A stretch of DNA of 64,000 bases, taken from an uncultured Lachnospiraceae bacterium. Lineage in GTDB: Bacteria > Bacillota > Clostridia > Christensenellales > UBA1242. The stretch lies in the NCBI GenBank assembly GCA_964606505.1, contig CAZSGM010000003.1:44696-108695 (forward strand). The letters run 5' to 3'. Under the pieces are notes generated by a model. It ran no database searches. It had not been told where the DNA came from and saw only the letters and a list, made by a program, of their open reading frames with translations. Of the stretch, positions 34,622-43,703 are shown one piece after another (within the stretch, counting starts at the first letter, position 1; every line of letters starts with the position of its first letter). A program made the translations under genes and the position numbers.

Positions 34622-34804
34622 AACAATTAGGCTGAACTTTAGTTGTAAAACCCATACTATGGGCAGTTCGACAAAATTTGCACAGCACTAAGCCCCGCAC
34701 ATCCCAATCCAACTACCAAGAAAAACTGACAGGCATCATAAAAACCCGTCGCTCTCAAACCTTTGCATTAAAAACATTTACAAAAAAACTCTAATACGAC
34801 CAAA

Positions 34805-35143
34805 TCACGCTGGGTTCCAGCCCATTTCTGCCCCGCCAAGCAAGTGGATGTGGATGTGTGGAACAGTTTGACCCGCGTTATCACCCTGGTTAATAACCAC
34901 CCTGTAGCCACCATCCAAACCAAGCACGCTTTCAGAAATTTCGGCAATTTTCGCAAAGATTTTACCCAAATTCTCCGCGTCCTCCGAAGTCATTTCACTC
35001 AATAACTTGATATGTTTTTTGTATATAGCGAGATAGTGTTTTGGCGCCTTAGGCTCAATATCTTTTATAATATAAAACAACTCATCCTCGTACACCTTTT
35101 CATTCATCTCGTGTTGAAGTTTACAAAACAAACATTCATTCAT
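34805..35143 (-). CDS. HIT-family (histidine triad) nucleotide hydrolase
   Basis: HIT motif QTVPHIHIHLLGG, with an N-terminal CLFC. Confidence 0.9.
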   Translation of the reverse strand: MNECLFCKLQHEMNEKVYEDELFYIIKDIEPKAPKHYLAIYKKHIKLLSEMTSEDAENLGKIFAKIAEISESVLGLDGGYRVVINQGDNAGQTVPHIHIHLLGGAEMGWNPA

Positions 35144-35268
35144 AATAATTTCTCCTTAATTTAATATTGTTTTATTATTTGTTGGGTTGTTCATCAAAAT
35201 ATTGCACTAACCCGCCACACCGCACAAGTTTTATGCGCTACGTCAACCCATTTAAACGGCGTAAATCA

Positions 35269-36531
35269 TCAAACAATCTCGCCCAAAATGGCGTCGCCCT
35301 GCACGGCGCAAAGTTTGACGTTAACAACAGAAGAAAGCGGCGCGCTACCCCTTTTAAGCAAAACCTTTATATACTCCTTTGTGTATCCAACAATATATTC
35401 GCCCTTAACATTTTCAGTGAGCATTGACGCGATTTTACCGACGTGCGCAGTTAAAAACGCATTGTGCAGTTCGTGTTTTAGTGCAAGCATTTTTTCTTTT
35501 CTTGCCTTAACAATCGTTCCATCAAGCGGCTTTTTGAGTTTTGTAATTGCCGTCCCTGAACGCGGCGAATAAACAAACGCGTGTATATCGCTAAACCCCG
35601 CACTACGAATTGTTTGCATACACTCATCAAAGTCGGCGTCGCTCTCAGTTGGGAAACCAACAATTAAGTCGGTTGTCAACGCGCAATCGGGAAAATACTC
35701 GCGAATAAGACGCACCTTTTCTAGATATTCCTGCACGTTGTAGTGCCTGTTCATATCCTTGAGCGTTTGGTTTGCGCCACTTTGCAACGGCAAATGAAAG
35801 TGCGGGCAGAAGTTTTTGCATTTCTTTAACTCCTGCAGCAACTCAACCGTAATAACATTACACTCAATCGAACTAATGCGCAACCTAATATCAATGTCCG
35901 CAATCGCGCGAATTAGATCGACAAATGTTTCGCCCTTTTCCGTGTGGTAATCCGAAACATTTATACCCGTCAAAACAACCTCTTTCGAGTTCAACTGCGC
36001 CTGCTTAATTTCGTCAACAATTTCCTGTAAATCGCGAGACCTTGAGCGCCCCCGTATATAAGGAATTAAACAATACGAGCAAAAGTTGTTGCACCCGTCT
36101 TGGATTTTAACAAAATGCCTCGTCTTATCCATTTGAGGGTTTTTGTACGCCTCATAGTACTCACTGATGTAACACTTGGGCTCAACTAACGCAGTTTGTT
36201 GCATATTATCAATAAAGTCAACAACGTCAAGTTTGTTCATTCCAAAAACGGCGGCAACGTTGTCCTTGTTTTGGTATTGCACTGGATTGTTTTGCGAAGA
36301 ACATCCGCAAATAACAACCTTAATATCAGGGTTTTTACCAACGATGCTCCCCACCATTTGGCGCGACTTTGCCTCCGCCTCATTTGTAACAGCGCACGTT
36401 ACAATGATGGCGACATCAGCCTCTGCAGGCGTACCAACTTCTATATGCCCCCTTTCCTTAAGGGATGTCATAATACTCGACGCTTCATATTCGTTGACTT
36501 TACACCCCATCTTTTTTACGTAAATATTCAT
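35269..36531 (-). CDS. mtaB: tRNA t6A37 methylthiotransferase MtaB (radical SAM, MiaB-like)
   Basis: KMGCKVNEYE N-terminus, CNNFCSYCLIPYIRG, and a TRAM-like C-terminus. Synteny with rsmE and rpsU matches B. subtilis yqeV-yqeU. Confidence 0.88.
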   Translation of the reverse strand: MNIYVKKMGCKVNEYEASSIMTSLKERGHIEVGTPAEADVAIIVTCAVTNEAEAKSRQMVGSIVGKNPDIKVVICGCSSQNNPVQYQNKDNVAAVFGMNKLDVVDFIDNMQQTALVEPKCYISEYYEAYKNPQMDKTRHFVKIQDGCNNFCSYCLIPYIRGRSRSRDLQEIVDEIKQAQLNSKEVVLTGINVSDYHTEKGETFVDLIRAIADIDIRLRISSIECNVITVELLQELKKCKNFCPHFHLPLQSGANQTLKDMNRHYNVQEYLEKVRLIREYFPDCALTTDLIVGFPTESDADFDECMQTIRSAGFSDIHAFVYSPRSGTAITKLKKPLDGTIVKARKEKMLALKHELHNAFLTAHVGKIASMLTENVKGEYIVGYTKEYIKVLLKRGSAPLSSVVNVKLCAVQGDAILGEIV

Positions 36532-36545
36532 AATCTCTCTACTTT

Positions 36546-37271
36546 TTATTCAAATTTCTCCATAACTAGCGCACAGCCAACAATCGCAGCCGTTTCCGCG
36601 CGTAATATGCGTTTGCCAAGCGTAACACATTTGACATTGCCCAACTGGCAAAGTTTGTTGCTCTCATCCAGCGAAAATCCGCCCTCGCTGCCAACAACGA
36701 CGGCGATTTTTTTGTAGTCGCCCTCAATTTCCCTTATTTTGACGTCTTTAGCGTTTTCGTAAGCAAAAATAACCAAATCGTACTGCCCAAGTTCGCGCAA
36801 AATAGTTTCAAACGACCTGCAACTTTCGATTGTTAGAGGTTTTGAACGCCCGCACTGCTTTGCAGACTCTACTGCAATTTTATCAAGGCGTTCCACCTTC
36901 TGCCTGCTCAACTCGCCTTGCACAACGCAAAACTCACTTGCGAACGGAACAAGTTTTGAAACACCTATTTCGCTAACCTTTTGCGCAATCAACTCAAGTT
37001 TGTCCGCCTTAACCAGCGCTTGATAGAGCGCAACCTCAATTTGTGCGTCCGCTTGATTTTGCGAAGTTGATAATACGTCGCAAACAAGGATATCCCTGCT
37101 TATTTCCACAATTTTGCAGTTGTAATCAAGCCCATCGCCGCAACAAATTATGGTTTCGTCCCCAACATTTAAGCGCATAACGCTTTTAGCGTGCGTTGCC
37201 TCCTGCCCCTCGATAACAAAAACGCCATCGCGAGGAGGTTGATTGGCAAAAAATCTCTTCAATTTACTCAT
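36546..37271 (-). CDS. rsmE: 16S rRNA (uracil1498-N3)-methyltransferase
   Basis: RsmE-like PUA N-terminus (RFFANQPP...HAKSVMRLNVGDE) and a SPOUT C-terminus (VVVGSEGGFS..E ... LGKRILRAETAA). Confidence 0.9.
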   Translation of the reverse strand: MSKLKRFFANQPPRDGVFVIEGQEATHAKSVMRLNVGDETIICCGDGLDYNCKIVEISRDILVCDVLSTSQNQADAQIEVALYQALVKADKLELIAQKVSEIGVSKLVPFASEFCVVQGELSRQKVERLDKIAVESAKQCGRSKPLTIESCRSFETILRELGQYDLVIFAYENAKDVKIREIEGDYKKIAVVVGSEGGFSLDESNKLCQLGNVKCVTLGKRILRAETAAIVGCALVMEKFE

Positions 37272-37277
37272 AAGTAA

Positions 37278-37306
37278 AGTTTACTTGTTTTGGCGAAATT
37301 TGTCAA
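37278..37306 (-). promoter_or_regulatory. Promoter placed for a leaderless rsmE-mtaB mRNA
   Basis: Minus strand reads TTGACA (37306-37301), a 17-nt spacer, TAAACT (37283-37278), then 6 nt (TTACTT) and the ATG at 37271. No SD. Confidence 0.55.
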
Positions 37307-37401
37307 GTTTTTGAATAGAAATTTGCCACAATCGCGGAAAATTTAACATTTTTTTTGCTTAGAAAATATTATGTAATAAAAAAACTTACTAAGGTGTATT
37401 T

Positions 37402-38208
37402 ATGCAATCAAATAAAAAATGCTGCTGCCACTGTTGTTTTTGCGAGGATAAACCTAAAAACATCATTCGCACCGTGTATACCGGAATTGTTGGCGCAACT
37501 GGCGCAACTGGTGCAACTGGGTTAGCCGAAACAATTGAACTCGGCAATGTTTACTCTGCCCCGCCAAATGTCAAACCGCAAATCGTTGACCGCTATCAAG
37601 GCTTAAAGCATACCTTTGATTTTTATTTGCCACGTGGAATAGATGGTTGTGACGGCACAACAGGCGCGACGGGAGCAACAGGAGTTACGGGGGCAACAGG
37701 CGCGACGGGTCCCGAAAAAATTCCTGTTGTTTACTTGATTTCGACAAACCAAACTTACCCCGAGTATGGGTTGCAAGTTGGGTCGTTGAAACGGCTGCCA
37801 ATTGAGCGAAAGGAGATTGACAATATCGGGATTTGTACTCTAAATTCGCAAGAAAACACCTTGCAATTCAACAAGGATGGATTGTACAGTATTGACTTTG
37901 TTGTGAACGCCTACACGCCCTACTCGTCAGCCATTTTTGACCCGACAACCGACTTCATTGCAGTCGGCTTTAGGTTGGAAAATTCCGACATTATTTTTGC
38001 TGGACAAAGCAGTTTTAATTACGACCAACACCCAATTGAAGTTAGCGCACACGGTGTTTTTATCGTTAACGACACAGAAAAAAACTTTGAACTCGTTAAC
38101 CTATCCAAGCAAAGTATCTTCCTAAAATGCCCGCGACAAGAGCACACTGCAACAGTTTCACACTTTATTTGCCCGAGCGTAACCCTTGTCATCAAATATC
38201 TAGGCTGA
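37402..38208 (+). CDS. Collagen-like (GXT) repeat protein with a poly-Cys N-terminus; probable BclA-like spore-surface protein
   Basis: N-terminus MQSNKKCCCHCCFCED. Two collagen-like segments are present (GIVGATGATGATGLA and GIDGCDGTTGATGATGVTGATGATGPE). The C-terminal ~160 aa is beta-rich. The SD is AAGGTG. Confidence 0.8.
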   Translation: MQSNKKCCCHCCFCEDKPKNIIRTVYTGIVGATGATGATGLAETIELGNVYSAPPNVKPQIVDRYQGLKHTFDFYLPRGIDGCDGTTGATGATGVTGATGATGPEKIPVVYLISTNQTYPEYGLQVGSLKRLPIERKEIDNIGICTLNSQENTLQFNKDGLYSIDFVVNAYTPYSSAIFDPTTDFIAVGFRLENSDIIFAGQSSFNYDQHPIEVSAHGVFIVNDTEKNFELVNLSKQSIFLKCPRQEHTATVSHFICPSVTLVIKYLG

Positions 38209-38220
38209 AAAAGACAAAAA

Positions 38221-38249
38221 ACGAACCCTGAGTTTAGCCCAAGGTTCGT
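38221..38249. terminator. Bidirectional terminator (collagen-like gene / tRNA operon 2)
   Basis: ACGAACC (38221-38227) / GGTTCGT (38243-38249), with T-runs on both strands. Confidence 0.65.
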
Positions 38250-38261
38250 TTTAATTTTGCA

Positions 38262-38346
38262 TGGTGCGCATAGAGGGACTTGAACCCCCATGTCGTTTGA
38301 CACTAGATCCTAAGTCTAGCGCGTCTGCCAATTCCGCCATATGCGC
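38262..38346 (-). tRNA. tRNA-Leu(UAG)
   Basis: Long variable arm, anticodon stem-loop CTAGA-CTTAGGA-TCTAG, T-loop GGTTCAAGTCC, and CCA. Confidence 0.9.
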
Positions 38347-38350
38347 TTGT

Positions 38351-38425
38351 TGGCTGGGGTGGCTGGATTCGAACCAACGAATGTGAGGGTCAGAGTCTCA
38401 TGCCTTACCGCTTGGCGACACCCCA
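38351..38425 (-). tRNA. tRNA-Gln(CUG)
   Basis: Near-identical to the 38554 copy. Anticodon loop CTCTGAC. The anticodon stem TGAGA/CCTCA has an A31-C39 mismatch. Confidence 0.8.
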
Positions 38426-38452
38426 ATGCTGTATATAACCAGCCAAATGATG

Positions 38453-38528
38453 TGGTGACCCATCCGAGGCTCGAACTCGGGACAACTTGATTAAAAGTCA
38501 AGTGCTCTGCCAACTGAGCTAATGAGTC
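38453..38528 (-). tRNA. tRNA-Lys(UUU)
   Basis: Anticodon stem-loop CTTGA-CTTTTAA-TCAAG, T-loop AGTTCGAGCCT, and CCA. Confidence 0.92.
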
Positions 38529-38553
38529 ATAATTTCTTGCGAAAGCAAGAAAT

Positions 38554-38628
38554 TGGCTGGGGTGGCTGGATTCGAACCAACGAATGCGAGAGTCAAAGTC
38601 TCGTGCCTTACCGCTTGGCGACACCCCA
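38554..38628 (-). tRNA. tRNA-Gln(UUG)
   Basis: TGGGGTG acceptor, anticodon stem-loop CGAGA-CTTTGAC-TCTCG, T-loop GGTTCGAATCC, and CCA. Confidence 0.92.
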
Positions 38629-38650
38629 ATATAAAAAAATATAAATTATG

Positions 38651-38728
38651 TGGGGTGGGTGATGAGTCTCGAACTCACGACCTCTAGAGTCACAGTCTAG
38701 CGCTCTAACCAACTGAGCTACACCCACC
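38651..38728 (-). tRNA. tRNA-His(GUG)
   Basis: Extra 5' G(-1), anticodon stem-loop CTAGA-CTGTGAC-TCTAG, and a 3' end of ...CACCCAC-C-CCA. Confidence 0.9.
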
Positions 38729-38733
38729 AAATT

Positions 38734-38809
38734 TGGTACGCCTGAAGGGATTCGAACCCCTGACCCACGCCTTAGAAGGGCGTTGCTCTTCCAGCTGAGC
38801 TACAGACGC
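38734..38809 (-). tRNA. tRNA-Arg(UCU)
   Basis: Anticodon stem-loop ACGCC-CTTCTAA-GGCGT, T-loop GGTTCGAATCC, and CCA. The acceptor stem has G1-U72 and U4-G69 wobbles. Confidence 0.85.
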
Positions 38810-38829
38810 TAGCTGTACATAATTTATAG

Positions 38830-38903
38830 TGGAGCGGGTGATGGGAATCGGACCCACGCGACCAGCTTGGAAGGCTGGGGCTCTACCATTGAGCTACACC
38901 CGC
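38830..38903 (-). tRNA. tRNA-Gly(UCC) with a non-canonical T-loop
   Basis: Anticodon stem-loop CCAGC-CTTCCAA-GCTGG. The T-arm is GTGGG-TCCGATT-CCCAT, with C at position 55 instead of the universal U. CCA is encoded. Confidence 0.8.
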
Positions 38904-38929
38904 ATCTTCCTCTCGGTCAATGCTTTTAT

Positions 38930-38958
38930 ATGATAGCATAAATAAATTTTATTGTCAA
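38930..38958 (-). promoter_or_regulatory. Promoter of tRNA operon 2
   Basis: Minus strand reads TTGACA (38958-38953), a 17-nt spacer, then TGcTATCAT (-10 at 38935-38930). Confidence 0.7.
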
Positions 38959-39221
38959 CGATTTTTCCATTATTTTTTTAAACAAATCAACTTTTTTTCA
39001 TTTTTTGACATAAATTTTATAATATAAACCACAAATTGCCTGTTTTTTTCAACCCAAAACACCAACTATTTTTACATAAAATGCAAAACTTACACAAAGC
39101 TACGTCCTAAATCCCCCGCTCGTGCGCAATCAAACAACGCTCGCCCCTGCCTTATCTACTCAAAATCAACATAACCCACGCCCGCGCACCTAACATTGAT
39201 TACGAAAAAACTACCACCTAC

Positions 39222-39698
39222 TTACAAAACTTGATAAACCTTAGTTGTAACAACTCCCTCATCATCAATCACAACCATTCCAAAGGTGTTGTACTTTAGC
39301 GCCCCCTTCCCCACACTCCCTGGGTTTAAAACCACTATGCCATTATCAAGTTGCGACTGAAACGGGATGTGCGTGTGTCCAAACAGCAAAACATCTGCGC
39401 CAACCTCTGTTGCCTTATCAAAAAGCTTGCCCATTCCCATTTTTACGCCGTAGTTGTGCCCGTGCGTCATAAATATCTTTTTGCCCGCAATTTCAAGCAA
39501 CAAGTCGTCGTCAAAATTAATGTCCCCGTCGCAGTTCCCTTTAACAATGAAAAGTTTATCTTTCAAATCGTTTTTAAAGCGCAAAATATCCTCGACATAG
39601 TCGCCTAGATATAAAACTACATCAAATTCAACCTCATTGATAACCTTCTTGATGTTCTCTAAGTTTTTATGAGAATCTGACAAAACTAAAATATCCAT
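39222..39698 (-). CDS. YfcE/MJ0936-family metallophosphoesterase
   Basis: MDILVLSDSH, GDY, GNCD, THGH and GHTH calcineurin-like motifs. Confidence 0.9.
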   Translation of the reverse strand: MDILVLSDSHKNLENIKKVINEVEFDVVLYLGDYVEDILRFKNDLKDKLFIVKGNCDGDINFDDDLLLEIAGKKIFMTHGHNYGVKMGMGKLFDKATEVGADVLLFGHTHIPFQSQLDNGIVVLNPGSVGKGALKYNTFGMVVIDDEGVVTTKVYQVL

Positions 39699-39704
39699 AC
39701 GATT

Positions 39705-39732
39705 ATTATACCATATTTCTTAAAATTTTCAA
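39705..39732 (-). promoter_or_regulatory. Extended -10 promoter placed for a leaderless phosphoesterase mRNA
   Basis: Minus strand reads TTGAAA (39732-39727), a 16-nt spacer, TGgTATAAT (-10 at 39710-39705), then 6 nt (AATCGT) and the ATG at 39698. No SD. Confidence 0.55.
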
Positions 39733-39855
39733 ATTGTTTTTCAATGAAATGTTCTTACCTAGCGTAAAAACCTCATTTTAAAACTTTGCGCACATAAAAA
39801 CAAAATGCCCCTCAAATATGAGCGGGATCTTGTATTTTTTGTCGCAAAAACTGTT

Positions 39856-40092
39856 TTACCAATAATAAACGTAGAACACACAAATTCCGATACAAAGCAA
39901 AAACACTACAAAGTAACTTGTCCTAAACGGAAACAGCTTTTTGTCCTTTAACACAACTGCTTTTGCCAAACACCACATACCGAGCGAAAAAGCCGCCAAG
40001 CAAATGACCGCCTTCCAAAAGTCGGGCAACTGGCGTACAACTGTATTAACAAAAGTGTTGTAAGTGTCCAATAACAACGCAACATTTACCAT
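39856..40092 (-). CDS. Small hypothetical membrane protein (78 aa, 2 TM)
   Basis: AAGGAG SD before the ATG at 40092. Hydrophobic segments AVICLAAFSLGMWCLAKAVVL and YFVVFLLCIGICVFYVYYW. Confidence 0.6.
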   Translation of the reverse strand: MVNVALLLDTYNTFVNTVVRQLPDFWKAVICLAAFSLGMWCLAKAVVLKDKKLFPFRTSYFVVFLLCIGICVFYVYYW

Positions 40093-40186
40093 AATTTTCT
40101 CCTTAGTTAGATTATACAATACTGCACAAAATTTGTCAATAGATTGCAAATTTTTGCCACACAATTAATACTTTTTTTAAATCAAC

Positions 40187-41716
40187 CTAATCCCTTTTAA
40201 CCATACTTTCGCTTGTCATTTCCTTGGGGATTTTGATTTGCATAAGTTCAAGCACAGTTGGCGCAATATTTGAGAGCGCAAACTCGCCATTTTTTAGCTT
40301 TACATCGGTGTCGCAAACGACAAAAGGAACCTTATTTAATGTGTGAGAGGTTATAGTTTTACCATTCTCATCTCGCATTAATTCCGCATTACCGTGGTCA
40401 GCGGTTATAATCAAAGTATAATCATTTTTGTGCTTAAATATCGTTTTTAGCGCGCCGTCAACTGCTTTAACTGCCTTAATAGCCGCTTTTAGGTTTCCCG
40501 TGTGCCCAACCATATCCCCGTTTGCAAAATTTAGCACAATTAAGTCGTATTTGCAGCCTTTTGCCGCCGCAACCACACTTTTAGCAATTTTCTTAGCCTG
40601 CATTTGGGGTGCCAAATCAAAAGTTGCAACATTGTCCGACGGGTGTAAAATTCTATCCTCATTTTTGTATGGTTTTTCTCTCAAACCGTTTAAAAAGTAC
40701 GTAACGTGCGCATATTTTGTCGTTTCTGCGACCTTCAAAACACTCCCGCCTGCCTTTGAGACAGTTTCGGTTAGGTTGTTTTTAATTGGATGCTGCGAAA
40801 ACGCGCATTTAACCCCACATTTGTCGCACTTGTCGCCGTAACTTGTCATTGAATATGTTTTAAACTGCCCGCAAGTTTTAAACACGTCAAACTTGCTATC
40901 CGACAAAGAATAAACCAATTGCCTTGCCCTATCTGCGCGGAAGTTGCAACAAAATACAACATCACCCTCACAAAAACCGCCATATCCACGTACACTGGCA
41001 GGCTTGATAAATTCGTCAAAAATGTTTTCTTTGAAACTACTATCAATGTACGCGCCGACATCGTTAATCTTTGTCCCCTCTCCGCGCACAATCGCGTCAT
41101 AGGCAAGTTTTGTCCTGTCAAAATGCCCCTCTCTATCCATCGCATAATATCGCCCCGAAATGGAAACGACTTGCCCGTAACCATTAGCATCTATATAGTC
41201 GCGAAGCTGTCTATAAAATGAGTCTGAAACATTTGGCAAGGTATCTCTGCCGTCAGTTATAATATGCAAAAAAACGCTCTTAAAACGCTTACTTTTTGTC
41301 ATTTTTAGTAACGCTAATATGTGATTAAGCGCACCATGAACGCCGCCGTTTGACATAACGCCGATAATGTGCAAATTACTTTTTGCGCTTTTAACCTCAT
41401 CCAACATTTGATTTAAAACAGCGTTATCAAAAAACTCGCCCGTCTCTATGCTTTTGTCAATCTTCAATAGTTCCTGCAAAACAACTCGCCCTGCCCCAAT
41501 ATTTTGGTGCCCGACCTCGCTGTTCCCAATCTGCCCAGCTGGCAAGCCAACCGCCTGCTCGCTCGCTGCAAGTTGTACATTTGGAAAACGCTTCAACGCC
41601 CCGTTCAAAAAACGCGGCTTTGCCAACTTGACGGCGTTTCCGCTCTTTCCGTCGCGCAACCCGACGCCGTCCATAATCGCCAAAATAACTTTTCTCTTTG
41701 CTTCCATAACACCCAT
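40187..41716 (-). CDS. gpmI: 2,3-bisphosphoglycerate-independent phosphoglycerate mutase
   Basis: ILAIMDGVGL, GNSEVGHQNIGAGR and ITADHGNAE. The start is either 41716 or 41707. Confidence 0.95.
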   Translation of the reverse strand: MGVMEAKRKVILAIMDGVGLRDGKSGNAVKLAKPRFLNGALKRFPNVQLAASEQAVGLPAGQIGNSEVGHQNIGAGRVVLQELLKIDKSIETGEFFDNAVLNQMLDEVKSAKSNLHIIGVMSNGGVHGALNHILALLKMTKSKRFKSVFLHIITDGRDTLPNVSDSFYRQLRDYIDANGYGQVVSISGRYYAMDREGHFDRTKLAYDAIVRGEGTKINDVGAYIDSSFKENIFDEFIKPASVRGYGGFCEGDVVFCCNFRADRARQLVYSLSDSKFDVFKTCGQFKTYSMTSYGDKCDKCGVKCAFSQHPIKNNLTETVSKAGGSVLKVAETTKYAHVTYFLNGLREKPYKNEDRILHPSDNVATFDLAPQMQAKKIAKSVVAAAKGCKYDLIVLNFANGDMVGHTGNLKAAIKAVKAVDGALKTIFKHKNDYTLIITADHGNAELMRDENGKTITSHTLNKVPFVVCDTDVKLKNGEFALSNIAPTVLELMQIKIPKEMTSESMVKRD

Positions 41717-41800
41717 TGCCCAAATTTTTTACTAAAAATAACACTCTTTGTAGCCAAAATGCCGTACACTGAGTTGGCGGTACTTTACTAAAACGCCACG

Positions 41801-42502
41801 CTAAGCGGTAATTAATGTCTGAAACTCTCCAGCATCGAGGCTTGCACCGCCAACTAAAAAGCCGTCAAGACTAGCAATTTTCTTAAATTCGCTTACATTA
41901 TTTATATTGACACTGCCACCATAAAGAACTTTAAAATTACAATTATAGTTAACAAGCAAAAAGTTTTTGATGAACACAATTGTTTCCTCAATTTCTTTGG
42001 ATGTTGGGGTTTTGCCTGACCCAATCGCCCAAACGGGCTCGTAAGCGATAATTATGTTGCGATAAAACTTAGGATTAATTCCCGCTAGTGCGGTTTTAAG
42101 TTGACGCTCCACCACCTCTTGCTTTTGAGCTACCTCGCTTGCAGTTTCGCCGATGCACAAAACACACTCAATTTTGCTTGCACATAACTGCAGTTTTTTA
42201 TTGACAACTTCGTCTGTTTCAGCAAACTTTATCCGTCTTTCACTATGCCCAACAAGAATAGACGTTGCACCAAACCTAAGCGCCTGCACAATACTAAGCT
42301 CGCCCGTTTCTGCGCATAATTCCTCGCGGCAAACATTTTGTACCCCAATATTGTACTTTGAACAACCTTTCGCGACATCCAAAAGTTTGGACGGGACAAA
42401 GAAACTCACCTTGTCTTTCGTCGTAAAATTGTTGAAAACATCAAAAAATTCGCTAACTTCTTTTGAGGTTTTGTTCAACTTCCAATTTGCGTAATAAATC
42501 AT
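41801..42502 (-). CDS. tpiA: Triosephosphate isomerase
   Basis: ANWKLNK, VGHSERR and AYEPVWAIGSGKT. Confidence 0.95.
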   Translation of the reverse strand: MIYYANWKLNKTSKEVSEFFDVFNNFTTKDKVSFFVPSKLLDVAKGCSKYNIGVQNVCREELCAETGELSIVQALRFGATSILVGHSERRIKFAETDEVVNKKLQLCASKIECVLCIGETASEVAQKQEVVERQLKTALAGINPKFYRNIIIAYEPVWAIGSGKTPTSKEIEETIVFIKNFLLVNYNCNFKVLYGGSVNINNVSEFKKIASLDGFLVGGASLDAGEFQTLITA

Positions 42503-43692
42503 TTACTTTCTCGTTCCTTGAGATTTTCAAGCCCCGGTAATTTACTTCCCTCTAGCAACGCAAGAGACGCGCCACCACCTGTTGACACAAAGTAGAAATA
42601 TTGTTCAAGCCCAAAGTTGCGGACTGCCGAAGCGCTGTCCCCGCCGCCAACAACCATTTGGTGAGAGTTTTCAGCCATTGCTTTAGCAACAGCACGCGTG
42701 CCTTTCGAGAAGCGTTTGTACTCAAAAACGCCCATAGGTCCATTCCAATAAACAGTTTTTGCAGATTTAATAACCTTTGTAAACAACTTTATTGTCTTTG
42801 GTCCAATATCCATTCCAATGCCTTTTTCAGGGAAATTATCTGAAGTGCAAACATCATAATCGGCAAGAAATGAAAACTCTTCCGCAACCAAGTGGTCAAC
42901 TGGCAAATAGATTTGCACCTTTCTGTTGCTCGCCTTTTCAAGCAGCAATTTAGCATACTCAATTTTAGCAACATCAACCTTACTTTCGCCGACTGGCAAC
43001 CCTTGTGCAGCGAGGAAAGTATACGCCATCGCCCCGCCAATAACAATCCCGTCCACTTTGTCAATCAAGTTTGAAATCAACTTAATCTTGTCGCTAACCT
43101 TGGCACCGCCCAAAACAACAACAAATGGGCGCTCAGGCTGTTCCATAATCTGTGAAAAAACCTCAACTTCCTTAGCCATTAGCAAGCCGCAATATGACGG
43201 GATGTACTTAGTTACACCTGCAGTTGAAGCGTGTGAGCGGTGTGCCGTCCCAAATGCGTCATTACAGTAAATGTCGGCAATTTTAGCGAGTTTTTTAGAA
43301 AACTCCTCGTCGTTTGCCTCCTCTTCTGGATAATATCTGATGTTTTCAAGCACCATTACGTCGCCTTTTTTCATTGTCCTAACCATTTTCTGCATATGGT
43401 CAGTAAACAATTCTTCAAACATAACGGGTTTATCAAGCAATTGTTTCAAGCGCTCAACTACTGGCGCAAGTGAATATTCGGGCAAGTGTTTCCCCTTAGG
43501 TCGTCCTAAGTGCGAAACAATGATAACCTTAGCGCCCTTGTCAATCAAATATTGTATTGTTGGAAGTGCTTCAATGATTTTTTTATCGTCCGTTATCTCC
43601 CCGTTTTTGTTAATTGGAACATTGAGGTCGTCTCTCAATAATACCCTCAACCCTTCCAAATATTTGTAATCAGTAATTGATGCCTTATTCAT
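42499..43692 (-). CDS. pgk: Phosphoglycerate kinase
   Basis: RDDLNVP, VSHLGRPKG, and GGGDSASAV / STGGGASL. Confidence 0.96.
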   Translation of the reverse strand: MNKASITDYKYLEGLRVLLRDDLNVPINKNGEITDDKKIIEALPTIQYLIDKGAKVIIVSHLGRPKGKHLPEYSLAPVVERLKQLLDKPVMFEELFTDHMQKMVRTMKKGDVMVLENIRYYPEEEANDEEFSKKLAKIADIYCNDAFGTAHRSHASTAGVTKYIPSYCGLLMAKEVEVFSQIMEQPERPFVVVLGGAKVSDKIKLISNLIDKVDGIVIGGAMAYTFLAAQGLPVGESKVDVAKIEYAKLLLEKASNRKVQIYLPVDHLVAEEFSFLADYDVCTSDNFPEKGIGMDIGPKTIKLFTKVIKSAKTVYWNGPMGVFEYKRFSKGTRAVAKAMAENSHQMVVGGGDSASAVRNFGLEQYFYFVSTGGGASLALLEGSKLPGLENLKERESK

Positions 43693-43703
43693 ATTGTTCT
43701 CCT

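Noticed and set aside
38316-38624. Track ORF 38316..38624 (-, 102 aa).
   Set aside because: It overlaps tRNA-Leu, tRNA-Gln, tRNA-Lys and tRNA-Gln and has no RBS, so I consider it spurious.
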